Of a DNA stretch of 32,000 nucleotides, positions 1 to 8,774 are shown piece by piece. The translations under genes and the position numbers were made by a program. The notes beneath the pieces were generated by a model, which ran no database searches, had not been told where the DNA came from, and was given only the letters and a program-made list of their open reading frames with translations. Each line of letters starts with the position of its first letter. The first letter of the stretch is position 1. Source of the DNA: an uncultured archaeon. GTDB taxonomy: Archaea > Iainarchaeota > Iainarchaeia > Iainarchaeales > 0-14-0-20-30-16. The stretch covers positions 14,481-46,480 of the forward strand of contig CAZMGA010000002.1 of assembly GCA_964565725.1 (NCBI GenBank). The letters are read 5' to 3'.

Positions 1-59
1 TAACTGAATTATATAAAGATGATGAAAGAAGATTCAAACATATTACCAAGGTGATTTAA
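1..59 (+). CDS. 3' end of upstream CDS, probably ribosomal protein uL24 (partial)
   Basis: Open frame from the window edge (codons from nt 3) reads TELYKDDERRFKHITKVI and ends at TAA 57-59. Its position directly upstream of S4e fits the conserved order L24-S4e-L5. It is too short to identify by sequence. Confidence 0.4.
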   Translation, partial: TELYKDDERRFKHITKVI

Positions 60-770
60 ATGGCAAATAAAACAGGTAAAAATCGTCAAAAAAGAATAAG
101 TTATATAGGTAAAGCAAGAATAAATAAAAAAGAAAGTGTTTGGGCATTTAAAACAAGACCTGGAGCACATGCAAAAAATATGAGTGCAACTTTCGCAAAT
201 GTAATTAGAGATATTTTAAAACTTGCACAAAATACAAGAGAAGTAAAATATATTTTGAATAATAAAAATTGTTTAGTTAATGGATCAAGAGTAAAAGATT
301 ATAAATTTTCTATTGGCTTGTTTGATATTATTGAATTTAAAGATGTTGATAAAGTATATAGAGTAATTTTTAATTCACATGATAAAATAGAATTGTTAGA
401 ATTATCTAAAGAAGATAAATTAATTAGACCTTGTAGAATTACTAAAAAGAAAATAATTGGTAAAGATAAAATACAAGTTGGTTTTGGAAACGGATTTAAT
501 TGGATATTACCAAAAGGTAAAAATGTGAAATTAGGTGATACTGTTATTTACGATGTTTCTAAAAAAGAATTTACTGATATATTAGAAATGAAAGAAAATG
601 TTAAGACTTATATTTTTGGAGGTCCTCATGTAAGTAAAATGGGTACTTTAAAAAATATAGTTAAAGGTGATTTGAGAAAATCAAGTGAAATTACAATTGA
701 GTCTAAAGGTAAAGATTTGAAAACTATGGAAAAATATGTTTTTGCAATACCTAATGATTTTTTGAATTAA
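60..770 (+). CDS. rps4e: 30S ribosomal protein eS4 (S4e)
   Basis: 236 aa. N-terminus MANKTGKNRQKR..KTRPGAHA is typical of eS4. GGTGA SD at 50-54. Synteny with L5/S14/S8. Confidence 0.93.
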   Translation: MANKTGKNRQKRISYIGKARINKKESVWAFKTRPGAHAKNMSATFANVIRDILKLAQNTREVKYILNNKNCLVNGSRVKDYKFSIGLFDIIEFKDVDKVYRVIFNSHDKIELLELSKEDKLIRPCRITKKKIIGKDKIQVGFGNGFNWILPKGKNVKLGDTVIYDVSKKEFTDILEMKENVKTYIFGGPHVSKMGTLKNIVKGDLRKSSEITIESKGKDLKTMEKYVFAIPNDFLN

Positions 771-784
771 TTAAGTGATATTTT

Positions 785-1312
785 ATGGCTAATGAAAAAG
801 TAAAAGAAAATCCAATGAAAGAAATAGAAATTGATAAAGTTGTTGTGCATATTTGTACTGGTGAAACTGGTCAAAAATTAGATAATGCTAAAAAAATATT
901 AACTCTTTTGACTAATAGAAAACCAATTGAAACTATGTCAAAAACAAAGTTGCCTAAATGGGGTTTAAGACCTGGTATTCCTATAGGTATAAAAATAACT
1001 TTAAGAAAAAAAGAAGCAGAAGAATTTTTGAAAAAAACATTAGATGCAAAATCTTTTACATTGAATAAAAGATGTTTAGATAAAAATGGTAATTTTGCAT
1101 TTGGAATTGCAGAACATATTGATATTAAAGGTATGAAATATGATCCTAAAATAGGTATTTATGGTTTTGATGTAATAGTATCTATGAAAAGAAAAGGATT
1201 TAGAATAAAATATAGAAAATTAAAAAGATTACCTTTAAATGAAAGTATGAAAATTAGTAAAGATGAAACAATAAATTTCTTAACTAAAAAATATGGTGTA
1301 AAATTTAATTAA
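785..1312 (+). CDS. rpl5: 50S ribosomal protein uL5
   Basis: 175 aa with WGLRPGIPIGIKITLR and FGIAEHIDI-type motifs. AGTGA SD precedes the start. Conserved position between S4e and S14. Confidence 0.93.
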   Translation: MANEKVKENPMKEIEIDKVVVHICTGETGQKLDNAKKILTLLTNRKPIETMSKTKLPKWGLRPGIPIGIKITLRKKEAEEFLKKTLDAKSFTLNKRCLDKNGNFAFGIAEHIDIKGMKYDPKIGIYGFDVIVSMKRKGFRIKYRKLKRLPLNESMKISKDETINFLTKKYGVKFN

Positions 1313-1320
1313 GTGATATT

Positions 1321-1455
1321 ATGAAAGATAATAGAAAAGTAGTATGTAAATTTTGTGGTTCTGGTAAAGCTATTGTTAGAAAATATGATTTATATCTTTG
1401 TAGAAGATGTTTTAAAGATAATGCAGAAGCTTTAGGATTCCAAAAACTTGAGTGA
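1321..1455 (+). CDS. rps14: 30S ribosomal protein uS14 (zinc type), missed by ORF track
   Basis: Hand translation gives 44 aa: MKDNRKVVCKFCGSGKAIVRKYDLYLCRRCFKDNAEALGFQKLE, with CxxC..CxxC. AGTGA SD upstream. It sits exactly in the L5-S8 gap, where S14 is conserved. Confidence 0.88.
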   Translation: MKDNRKVVCKFCGSGKAIVRKYDLYLCRRCFKDNAEALGFQKLE

Positions 1456-1465
1456 GGTGTAAAAT

Positions 1466-1855
1466 ATGAGTAAAGATACATTTTCAGACGCATTGACTCA
1501 TATTAAAAATAGCGACTTTGTTGCTAAACCAATGTGTAATATAAATATAGTAAATTCTTTGTTATTAAATACATTGAAAATATTAAAATCTGAAAAATAC
1601 ATCGAAAATTTTGATGTGAAAACAAATGATTGTAAAAAGAATGTAATAGTTTCTCTAAATGGTATGTTAACTAATTTGAAAGCTGTAAAGCCTAGATATC
1701 CTGTTAGTTATACTGAATTAGAAAAATTTGAAAAAAGATATTTGCCATCAAGAAATGTGGGTATATTAATATTATCTACTCCACAAGGTCTTAAAACACA
1801 TGTAGAAGCTAAAAAAGAAAAAATTGGTGGTAGATTAATAGCTTATGTGTATTAA
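1466..1855 (+). CDS. rps8: 30S ribosomal protein uS8
   Basis: 129 aa. DALTHIKN start and C-terminal STPQGLKTH..A....GGRLIAYVY are typical of uS8. GAGGTG SD. Synteny. Confidence 0.93.
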   Translation: MSKDTFSDALTHIKNSDFVAKPMCNINIVNSLLLNTLKILKSEKYIENFDVKTNDCKKNVIVSLNGMLTNLKAVKPRYPVSYTELEKFEKRYLPSRNVGILILSTPQGLKTHVEAKKEKIGGRLIAYVY

Positions 1856-1866
1856 AGGTGACATTT

Positions 1867-2397
1867 ATGAAATTAGAAATTAATATTCCAGAAAAAATTA
1901 ATGTTAAGTTAGATAATAATATATTAAATGTAAAAGGCCCACAAGGTGAAATAGAAAAAGAATTTAAATCTAAATTAATAAATATTTCTATGAAGGATAA
2001 AATAATATATTTAGAAACTATTAATGAAAGAAAAAATAGTTTGTCAATATTAAATACTACTAAATCTTTAATAGAAAATATGTTTAGTGGTACTGAAAAA
2101 AAATATACTTATGTTTTAAGAGGAGTGTATTCTCACTTTCCGTTAACTTTATCTGTTAAAGGAGATAATTTTGTTATAAATAATTATTTAGGTGAAAAAA
2201 ACGTTAAAACTGTTAAAATACCAAAAAATGTAGAAGTAAGTATTAAAGGTAAAGAAGTTTATATTAAATCTGTAGATAAAGCTTTAGCAGGTAATATTGC
2301 AGGATTAATTGAAAATAGTGCTAAAGTATTAAATAGAGATAGAAGAATTTTTCAAGATGGAATTTATATAATTACAAAAGGTGTACAAAATGAGTAA
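1867..2397 (+). CDS. rpl6: 50S ribosomal protein uL6
   Basis: Two-domain uL6-like sequence in the conserved position. Start moved from the track's GTG 1858, which lies inside the AAGGTGA SD, to ATG 1867. Confidence 0.9.
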   Translation: MKLEINIPEKINVKLDNNILNVKGPQGEIEKEFKSKLINISMKDKIIYLETINERKNSLSILNTTKSLIENMFSGTEKKYTYVLRGVYSHFPLTLSVKGDNFVINNYLGEKNVKTVKIPKNVEVSIKGKEVYIKSVDKALAGNIAGLIENSAKVLNRDRRIFQDGIYIITKGVQNE

Positions 2398-2752
2398 TAA
2401 TGTTAAAAATATGCCTACTTTCAGAGGTAGATTTGGAACTAGAAGTAAAAGAAAAAAATCTATTGCTAAATGGAATAAATGGAGATTTCCTAGAGGTATA
2501 GATATTGTTTTTGGTAAAGGCGATAATCAAAATCCAAGCATAGGTTATGGTACAGATAGGAAAGTAAGAAATTTGCATCCTACAAAAAGAGTTGAAATTT
2601 ATGTTAGAAATTTAGATTCTTTAAAAAGACATGTTGCTGAAAACAAAGATGTTAATAAATATATTTATAGATTATCTGCAAATTTAGGTGCTAAAAAAAG
2701 AATTGAAATAAAAGAATTTGCTAAAGAAAAAAAATTAAAAGTAATTAATTAA
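2390..2752 (+). CDS. rpl32e: 50S ribosomal protein eL32
   Basis: WNKWRFPRGIDI.. region and synteny L6-L32e-L19e. ATG 2390 follows an AAAGGTG SD. Overlaps the L6 stop by 8 nt. Confidence 0.88.
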   Translation: MSNNVKNMPTFRGRFGTRSKRKKSIAKWNKWRFPRGIDIVFGKGDNQNPSIGYGTDRKVRNLHPTKRVEIYVRNLDSLKRHVAENKDVNKYIYRLSANLGAKKRIEIKEFAKEKKLKVIN

Positions 2753-2762
2753 AGGTGTCTTT

Positions 2763-3191
2763 ATGAATATGAAATCTGCAAAAAGAATTGCTGCAAAGAA
2801 AATGAATGTTGGAAAAAGTAGAGTTTCTGTAAAACCAGATGCTTTAAAAAAAATTAAAGAAGCAATTACTGGTATGGACTTAGAAAATTTAATTAAAGAA
2901 AAAATCTTCCATAAAAAAGGTCAAAGCCAAAGTAAAGGTAGAGCAAGAATATTGTTAGAAAAGAAAAAGAAAGGAAGAAGAAAGGGTCCTGGAACAAGAA
3001 AAGGTACTAAAAATGCAAGAACTGATAGACATGAAATGTGGATACGAAAAGTGAGATCCCAAAGAACATATATTGTTAAATTATTAGAAGATAAAAAAAT
3101 AGATAAAAAACAATATAGAGATTTATACAATAAAATCAAAGGTGGATTTTTTAGAAGTAAAAGCCATATTGATTCATATTTAAAGAAATAG
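2763..3191 (+). CDS. rpl19e: 50S ribosomal protein eL19
   Basis: 142 aa. SAKRIAAKKMNVGKSRV N-terminus and the basic GRRKGPGTRKG segment are typical of eL19. SD AAAGGTG. Confidence 0.92.
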   Translation: MNMKSAKRIAAKKMNVGKSRVSVKPDALKKIKEAITGMDLENLIKEKIFHKKGQSQSKGRARILLEKKKKGRRKGPGTRKGTKNARTDRHEMWIRKVRSQRTYIVKLLEDKKIDKKQYRDLYNKIKGGFFRSKSHIDSYLKK

Positions 3192-3199
3192 GTGATTTA

Positions 3200-3676
3200 A
3201 TGCCTGTATATAGACGAAGAAAAGAAATGAAAACAAACTATGCAAAGAGATTATCTTTATTGAAATCAAAAACAAATAGATTAGTATTAAGATTATCTAA
3301 TACATATTGTAATTTAGAATATGTTCTACATAATCCTAAAGGAGATTTAATAAAATTTAGTATTTCCTCAAAATCTATTAAAAAATTTGGTTGGAATAAA
3401 GGATTTAAATCATTACCAGCTTGTTATTTAACAGGTTATTTATTTGGTAAAGAAATAAATAAATTAAAATTAGAACAAAATTTAATTTTAGATTTAGGTT
3501 TACAACATGCTTTTCCTAAAGGAAGAATTTTTGCAACTGTAAAAGGTGCAATAGATGCAGATATAAAATTATCTGTTGATGAAAAAATGATTCCTAGTGA
3601 AGATAGAATTTCAGGAAAGCATATTAATGCAGAAGAATTATTTAAAAAAGTAAAAACTGCAATTGATAAAATGTAG
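3200..3676 (+). CDS. rpl18: 50S ribosomal protein uL18
   Basis: 158 aa. N-terminal RRRKEMKTNYAKRL..L.....RLVLRLSN pattern of archaeal L18. TAGGTGAT junction. Synteny. Confidence 0.9.
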   Translation: MPVYRRRKEMKTNYAKRLSLLKSKTNRLVLRLSNTYCNLEYVLHNPKGDLIKFSISSKSIKKFGWNKGFKSLPACYLTGYLFGKEINKLKLEQNLILDLGLQHAFPKGRIFATVKGAIDADIKLSVDEKMIPSEDRISGKHINAEELFKKVKTAIDKM

Positions 3677-3684
3677 GTGTATTT

Positions 3685-4440
3685 ATGGTAGATAAATTTA
3701 AATTAGCTAAAAGAAAATCTCAAAGAAGAGCAGAATATGCTAGAACTAGTGAAACTGCAAATACAAAAATTGCTAATAGTGAAGAAATAGTTGAAGCTGT
3801 TCATAAAAAAAGAGCTAAAAAATTATTATTTGATGCAAACATAGAAAATTGGAATCCTAGAACAGAATTAGGTAAGAAAGTAAAAGAAGGCGAAATAAAA
3901 AGTTTAGATGAAATATTTATAAAAAATATGAAAATTATTGAGCCAGAAATAGTTGATTTTTTTATAAAAGATATTAATGAAAAATTAATGGACACAACTA
4001 AAACATCTTATGTAAGAATGTCTGGAAGAAAATATAATTATAGATGTGCTGTATTAATTGGTGATGGTAATAAATATTTGGGATTTGCTGTTGCAAAAGA
4101 TAAAGATAGATGGACTGCAGCAGGTAAAGCAGCAAGATTAGCTAGATTAAATTTAGTACAAATTAAAAAAGGTTGTGGAAGTTGGGAATGTAGATGTAGT
4201 AATTTACATAGTATTCCTTTTGAAGTTGATGGTAAAACAGGAGCTTCAAGAATAACAATAAGACCTGCTCCATTAGGTGTTGGTTTAGTAGTAAGTGAAT
4301 ATATAAAACCAGTTTTCCAATTTGTAAATATACAAGATGTTTGGAGTAGAGGTTCAGGAGAAACAGCTACAAAAATAAATATTATAAAAGCAACAATTGA
4401 AGCTTTGAAAAAAACAAATACAAAAGTAAATTACAGGTGA
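3685..4440 (+). CDS. rps5: 30S ribosomal protein uS5
   Basis: 251 aa. WNPRTELGKKV, GRKYNYRCAVLIGDGNKYLGFAVAK and the PAPLGVGLV core of uS5. Synteny. Confidence 0.93.
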   Translation: MVDKFKLAKRKSQRRAEYARTSETANTKIANSEEIVEAVHKKRAKKLLFDANIENWNPRTELGKKVKEGEIKSLDEIFIKNMKIIEPEIVDFFIKDINEKLMDTTKTSYVRMSGRKYNYRCAVLIGDGNKYLGFAVAKDKDRWTAAGKAARLARLNLVQIKKGCGSWECRCSNLHSIPFEVDGKTGASRITIRPAPLGVGLVVSEYIKPVFQFVNIQDVWSRGSGETATKINIIKATIEALKKTNTKVNYR

Positions 4441-4445
4441 GCATA

Positions 4446-4913
4446 ATGAATAATTTAATAGCTATTGTAAAAATTAGAGGAAATGTAGATGTTAAAAAAG
4501 AATTTGTAGATACAATGAAAATGTTAAGATTAACTGAAAATAATCATTGTGCAATTCATAAAGACTCTAGTGTTTTACAAGGTATGATTAAAAAAGTAAA
4601 AGATTACATAACTTTTGGTGTTATAGATAAAGATACTTTAAAATCATTGATTCTAAAAAGAGGAAGATTAAGTGGAGATAAAAGAATTACTGATGAATGG
4701 TTAAAAGAAAAAAAATTAACTATTGATAAATTAGTAGATTTATTTTATGAAGATCCTGAAAAAGTATATGAATTAGGAATAAAAAAAGTATTTAGATTAA
4801 GTCCACCATCTAAAGGATTTGGTAGAGTAGGTATAAAATATCCTATAAATATGGGTGGAGCTTTAGGTAACAGAGAAGATAAAATAGGATTATTATTAAA
4901 AAAAATGATGTGA
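4446..4913 (+). CDS. rpl30: 50S ribosomal protein uL30
   Basis: LIAIVKIRGNVDV..TMKMLRL start is typical of archaeal L30. Start moved from GTG 4437 (inside the AGGTGA SD) to ATG 4446. Confidence 0.9.
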   Translation: MNNLIAIVKIRGNVDVKKEFVDTMKMLRLTENNHCAIHKDSSVLQGMIKKVKDYITFGVIDKDTLKSLILKRGRLSGDKRITDEWLKEKKLTIDKLVDLFYEDPEKVYELGIKKVFRLSPPSKGFGRVGIKYPINMGGALGNREDKIGLLLKKMM

Positions 4914-4918
4914 TAATT

Positions 4919-5329
4919 ATGGTTGTTCGTAAAGCAAAAAAATTAAAAAAATATTTAGGTACTAGAACTAGAGGTGCAGGTAATACTGAAAATAGAAGAG
5001 GTGCTGGTTCAAAAGGTGGAAAAGGTAATACAGGAAAAATGGGTCATAAAAAACATATGTTCTTTGATGTTATTGGTCATAATATAAAAAACAAGCCTTT
5101 AAGTACAAGTAAAACAATTACTTTTAATCAAATTAATGAAATTATTAATAATATGGTTAAAAAAGGACAAAAAGAACCTTTTATATTTGATTTTAAGTCA
5201 AAAGAATTAAAATCTTACACTAAATTAGTTTCAAAAGGAACTTTAAAATATAAATTAAATTGTAAAAATATAATAATAACAGAAAAAGCAAAATCACAAA
5301 TAGAAAATAAAGGGGGTTCTATTGAATGA
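4919..5329 (+). CDS. rpl15: 50S ribosomal protein uL15
   Basis: Gly/basic N-terminus (RTRGAGNTENRRGAGSKGGKGNTG) is typical of uL15. ATG 4919 follows a GTGA SD. Its stop overlaps the SecY start (ATGA). Confidence 0.9.
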   Translation: MVVRKAKKLKKYLGTRTRGAGNTENRRGAGSKGGKGNTGKMGHKKHMFFDVIGHNIKNKPLSTSKTITFNQINEIINNMVKKGQKEPFIFDFKSKELKSYTKLVSKGTLKYKLNCKNIIITEKAKSQIENKGGSIE

Positions 5330-6732
5330 GCTTTGCAAATATAATTTCTATTGTTTCTAAGTATATTCCTGCTGTAGAAACTCCAAGTTCAAAACCAAAT
5401 TTATCTAAAAGATTAACATATAGTTTTTTGGTATTAATTTTGTTTTTTATTTTAGGTTTAATACCTTTAATAGGTTTGGCAGAATCTACTGGTGAAGCAT
5501 TATCAATGTATCAGTTATTATTAGCAAGTAATATAGGTACATTATTAACAGTTGGTATAGGTCCAATTGTAGTAGCTTCTATATTATTACAATTATTAGT
5601 AGGAACTGGTATTTGGAAATTAGATTTTGGAAATCCTAATGATAGAGCTTTGTTTAGTGGTACTCAAAAAATATTTGCGATTTTATTATCTATAATTGAA
5701 GCTTTTATTTACGTTAAAGTTGGTTTTTTACAACCTGCTGATGGTATGTTTTTTTGGGTTGTATTGCAAGTAGCTTTAGGATCTATAATTTTATTATATT
5801 TAGATGAAGTTGTAAAAAATTATGGTTTTGGTTCCGGAATAAGTTTATTTATTGCGGGTGGTGTAGCATCTTCTGTATTTTGGAGAGTATTTAGTCCTAT
5901 GAGTTCTTTACAGACAGGATTTAAATTAGTATCTTCTGGTGCTGCTTTAAGTTTAAGTAGCGGTTCAGGTTTATTGTGGAGTTTTTTCTCTCAAATGGGA
6001 AATAGTATTTATCAATCATTTATTACAAATTTATTCCCAATAGTTTCGGCACTAATAGTTTTCTTTATAGTAATTTACTTTGAAGGCGTGCATGTAAATA
6101 TACCTTTAACTATGGGTAGAAGTACACAAATGGGTAGATATCCTGTAAAGTTTTTATATGTAAGTAATTTACCTGTAATATTGGCAGCTGCATTATTTGC
6201 AAATTTTACAATATTATATAAATTAGTTGAAGGTAAAAGTATTCCTATATTGGAACCATTTTTGTTATATTTAAGTAAATATACTAATGCACCTACAAAT
6301 TTAGTGCAGAATATATTCTTACAAGGATTCTCAGGAATGGGTGGAGAAATATTACAAGGATTAGTATATTTAGTATTATTGGCATTGACATGTATATTCT
6401 TTGGAATAATGTGGGTAAAAATGGCTAACCAAGATTCTCAATCAGTAGCTAAACAATTACAAAGAAGTGGTATGTTTTTGCCAGGATTTAGAAGAGATCC
6501 AAGAGTAATACAAAGTGTTTTAGATAAATATATTCCAACTATTACAATTTTAGGTTCTATATTTGTAGCATTGTTAGCTGGTTTTGCAAGTTTAACTAGT
6601 GCAGTAGGAACTGGAATGGGTATATTATTAACAGTAGATATTATTTATAGATTATATGAAGAAATAGTTAAAGAACAAGTGAGTACAGATTCTAATTTAA
6701 TTAGTAAATTTGTAAAGGGTGTAAAAAATTAG
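5326..6732 (+). CDS. secY: Preprotein translocase subunit SecY
   Basis: 468 aa polytopic membrane protein in the conserved position after L15. Hydrophobic segments are consistent with the 10-TM SecY/Sec61alpha layout. Confidence 0.93.
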   Translation: MSFANIISIVSKYIPAVETPSSKPNLSKRLTYSFLVLILFFILGLIPLIGLAESTGEALSMYQLLLASNIGTLLTVGIGPIVVASILLQLLVGTGIWKLDFGNPNDRALFSGTQKIFAILLSIIEAFIYVKVGFLQPADGMFFWVVLQVALGSIILLYLDEVVKNYGFGSGISLFIAGGVASSVFWRVFSPMSSLQTGFKLVSSGAALSLSSGSGLLWSFFSQMGNSIYQSFITNLFPIVSALIVFFIVIYFEGVHVNIPLTMGRSTQMGRYPVKFLYVSNLPVILAAALFANFTILYKLVEGKSIPILEPFLLYLSKYTNAPTNLVQNIFLQGFSGMGGEILQGLVYLVLLALTCIFFGIMWVKMANQDSQSVAKQLQRSGMFLPGFRRDPRVIQSVLDKYIPTITILGSIFVALLAGFASLTSAVGTGMGILLTVDIIYRLYEEIVKEQVSTDSNLISKFVKGVKN

Positions 6733-6740
6733 TGATTATT

Positions 6741-7190
6741 ATGATTGATTGGTTACCAGCATTTATAGTAGGATCTATAGCAGTAGTTTATGCTTTATTT
6801 TTGTTCTTATATCAAAAAAGATTAGATAAAAAAAATGGAATTACTGAAAAACAAAAAAAAAGTAAAGAATTACAAAAGCAAATGATGGATTTATCAAAAG
6901 ATAATAGTCCAGAAAGTATGAATAAAGTAAAAGAATTACAACAAGAAATGATGACATTAAGTACAGACATGATGAAAGGCCAATTCAAAAGTATGTTATG
7001 GATTATGTTAATTGGTTTATTAGTTTTGTATGTTGTAAATTTGTTTGAATTTGCAAAATTTCCTATAACCCATTTTTGGTATTTTACAAATGCTTTAACA
7101 TGGTTTATATTAATATCTTTATTATGTAATATAATATATAAATTATTATTTTGGATATTAGAAAAGAAAAATATTATAAAGGTGAATTAA
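6741..7190 (+). CDS. DUF106 / EMC3-like membrane protein (archaeal YidC/Oxa1-like insertase candidate)
   Basis: About 149 aa: TM1, then a Met/Gln-rich coiled segment (QKQMMDL..QQEMMTLSTDMMKGQFKSM), then two TMs. Position downstream of secY matches the archaeal secY-(adk)-DUF106 arrangement (MJ0480 family). Confidence 0.7.
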   Translation: MIDWLPAFIVGSIAVVYALFLFLYQKRLDKKNGITEKQKKSKELQKQMMDLSKDNSPESMNKVKELQQEMMTLSTDMMKGQFKSMLWIMLIGLLVLYVVNLFEFAKFPITHFWYFTNALTWFILISLLCNIIYKLLFWILEKKNIIKVN

Positions 7191-7520
7191 ATGGTTGCTC
7201 CAAATAAAAGAAATTTAAAGAAAAAATTTGTGAAAGTTACAAAAAGTACTAAAGATGTAAGATTTAGAGATAAACCTACAATATCTAGTTGTGCAATTTG
7301 TAAAAATATATTACAAGGTGTTCCTAGAGGAGATTTGAAAAAATTATCTAAAACTGAAAAAAGACCAAGTATTGTGTTTGGTGGAATTCTTTGTTCAAAA
7401 TGTAGAGATATAGTTTTTGACAATGCTATAATGTTAAAATTAAAAATAATAAATGAAAATGATGTATCTTTAAAATATAAAAATTATGTAAATACTGCAA
7501 TTTTGAAAATTGCAAAATAG
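7191..7520 (+). CDS. rpl34e: 50S ribosomal protein eL34
   Basis: 109 aa with CAICKN..GVPR and CSKCRD zinc-ribbon-like pairs. AAAGGTGA SD. Synteny L34e-cmk-L14e. Confidence 0.88.
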   Translation: MVAPNKRNLKKKFVKVTKSTKDVRFRDKPTISSCAICKNILQGVPRGDLKKLSKTEKRPSIVFGGILCSKCRDIVFDNAIMLKLKIINENDVSLKYKNYVNTAILKIAK

Positions 7521-7528
7521 GTGATTTT

Positions 7529-7984
7529 TTGATTGTTATAATTGCATCAGATGTAACATATAATTTAGAGCCATTTGTAAAAAAATTGGCTGTTAACTTA
7601 AGTGCAATTTACAAATCAATAGATTATGATTTTTTATTAAAAAATACAGGATTCTTTTCAGAATCTAAAACTGGTAAAATTGTTTATATGGGTCATGTAA
7701 TTGCATCTAAATTGGAAGTTCCAGCAATAAAAATATATTTAAAACAATCTTATGATACAATTTTGAGAAATTTATCAAACGAAAAAAAAATAAATTTGGA
7801 AGATGCAAAAATACAATATGACAATATAAAAAAATTAGAAAAAGAAAAATCAAAAAATTATTTTGGAGTGGATTTAGAAAATTTAGATGTTTATGATTTA
7901 ATTATGAAAATAGATTATTTAGATCAAAAATCTATATTACAAATAATTGAAAAATTTATTGCAAAACAAACAAATGAGGGATAG
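7529..7984 (+). CDS. Cytidylate kinase-like protein with degenerate P-loop (possible pseudoenzyme)
   Basis: 151 aa with a TTG start 4 nt after TAGGTGA. It occupies the syntenic slot of archaeal cmk. The C-terminal YFGVDLENLDVYDLIMKID resembles cmk (YGIDL.DLS.YDLVIDT). The N-terminus MIVIIASDVTYNLEP replaces the GxxGSGK[ST] Walker A. Confidence 0.55.
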   Translation: MIVIIASDVTYNLEPFVKKLAVNLSAIYKSIDYDFLLKNTGFFSESKTGKIVYMGHVIASKLEVPAIKIYLKQSYDTILRNLSNEKKINLEDAKIQYDNIKKLEKEKSKNYFGVDLENLDVYDLIMKIDYLDQKSILQIIEKFIAKQTNEG

Positions 7985-7985
7985 T

Positions 7986-8195
7986 ATGATTTTAGAAAAA
8001 GGTAGAGTATGTATTATAAAAAGAGGAAGAGATTTTGGAAAATTAGTAATGATTTTAGAGAATCCTAAAGAAAAAGATTCTACAGTAATGGTTGAAGGTT
8101 TAAATTTAAAAGCAACTAAAAAAAATATTAATCATTTATGGATTGTAGATAAAATGATAAATTCTGTAAAAGATTTAGAAAAGGTGAAATTATGA
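7986..8195 (+). CDS. rpl14e: 50S ribosomal protein eL14 (KOW)
   Basis: 69 aa: MILEKGRVCIIKRGRDFGKLVMIL.., a KOW-like fold. GAGGGA SD before ATG 7986. The track start 7947 would overlap the previous gene. Confidence 0.85.
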   Translation: MILEKGRVCIIKRGRDFGKLVMILENPKEKDSTVMVEGLNLKATKKNINHLWIVDKMINSVKDLEKVKL

Positions 8196-8764
8196 GTGCA
8201 AAACCTGATAAAAATAAAAATATTAAAAATAAGAAAGTTGAAGTTAAAGAAGTAAAAAAAGAAGATAAATCATTAAAAAAACAACCACAAAAAGAAGTTA
8301 AAGAAGTAAAACATGATATTCAAAGAGAAATTGTTAGAATTGCTGGTATTGATTTAAATGGAAATTATTCTATTGAAAAAGGATTAAGAACAATAAAAGG
8401 AATTGGTATGAGAACTGCAAAAGTTTTAACTTATCAATTTTGTGAAAAAGTTAAATTACCTATAAATACATATATTGGAAATATCCCTCAAGATAAAGAT
8501 GATATATTAACAAAAATTGTTTTAGATTGTAAACTTCCTGAATGGATGTATAATAGAAAAAATGATTTGTATACAGGAGAAACAAAACAAATTACAAATT
8601 CAGATTTAATTTTTACATTAAGAGAAGATAAACAAAGATTAAGTAGAATAAAATCAAGAAGAGGAATGAGATTGTTAGCAAAATTACCTGTTAGAGGACA
8701 AAGAACAAAATCAAACTTCAGAAGAAAAGAAGGCGTAGTTGGAGTTGTGAAGAAAAAGAAGTAG
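8192..8764 (+). CDS. rps13: 30S ribosomal protein uS13 with Lys-rich N-terminal extension
   Basis: IVRIAGIDLNG..GIGMRTA core of uS13. ATGA overlap with the L14e stop. AAGGTGA SD. Confidence 0.92.
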   Translation: MSAKPDKNKNIKNKKVEVKEVKKEDKSLKKQPQKEVKEVKHDIQREIVRIAGIDLNGNYSIEKGLRTIKGIGMRTAKVLTYQFCEKVKLPINTYIGNIPQDKDDILTKIVLDCKLPEWMYNRKNDLYTGETKQITNSDLIFTLREDKQRLSRIKSRRGMRLLAKLPVRGQRTKSNFRRKEGVVGVVKKKK

Positions 8765-8774
8765 GTGATATTTT

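Noticed and set aside
1305-1493. Minus-strand 62-aa ORF from the track, overlapping the uS14 gene
   Set aside because: It is antisense to a well-supported ribosomal protein gene. Its sequence is low-complexity, it has no SD, and it is displaced by the real 44-aa uS14 CDS on the plus strand.
2372-4000. Minus-strand ORFs 2372-2578, 2921-3139 and 3801-3995
   Set aside because: They are antisense shadows of Lys/Glu-rich ribosomal protein genes. AAA/GAA codons read as TTT/TTC on the other strand, which removes stop codons. The products are Phe/Leu/Ser-rich nonsense with no SD.
7187-7423. Minus-strand 78-aa ORF antisense to eL34
   Set aside because: The same antisense-shadow argument applies. It overlaps the eL34 CDS almost entirely.
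7790-7800. Long A-runs (A8-A9) inside coding regions, for example 7790-7798, 10743-10750 and 12833-12841, considered as possible slippery frameshift sites
   Set aside because: The reading frames continue uninterrupted through them and give full-length conserved proteins. Such runs are expected from Lys (AAA) richness.
7947-7985. Upstream start for eL14 (track 7947) and similarly 9698 for rpoD
   Set aside because: These starts would overlap the preceding genes by 38 and 50 nt and add non-conserved residues. SD-supported ATGs at 7986 and 9773 give canonical N-termini.
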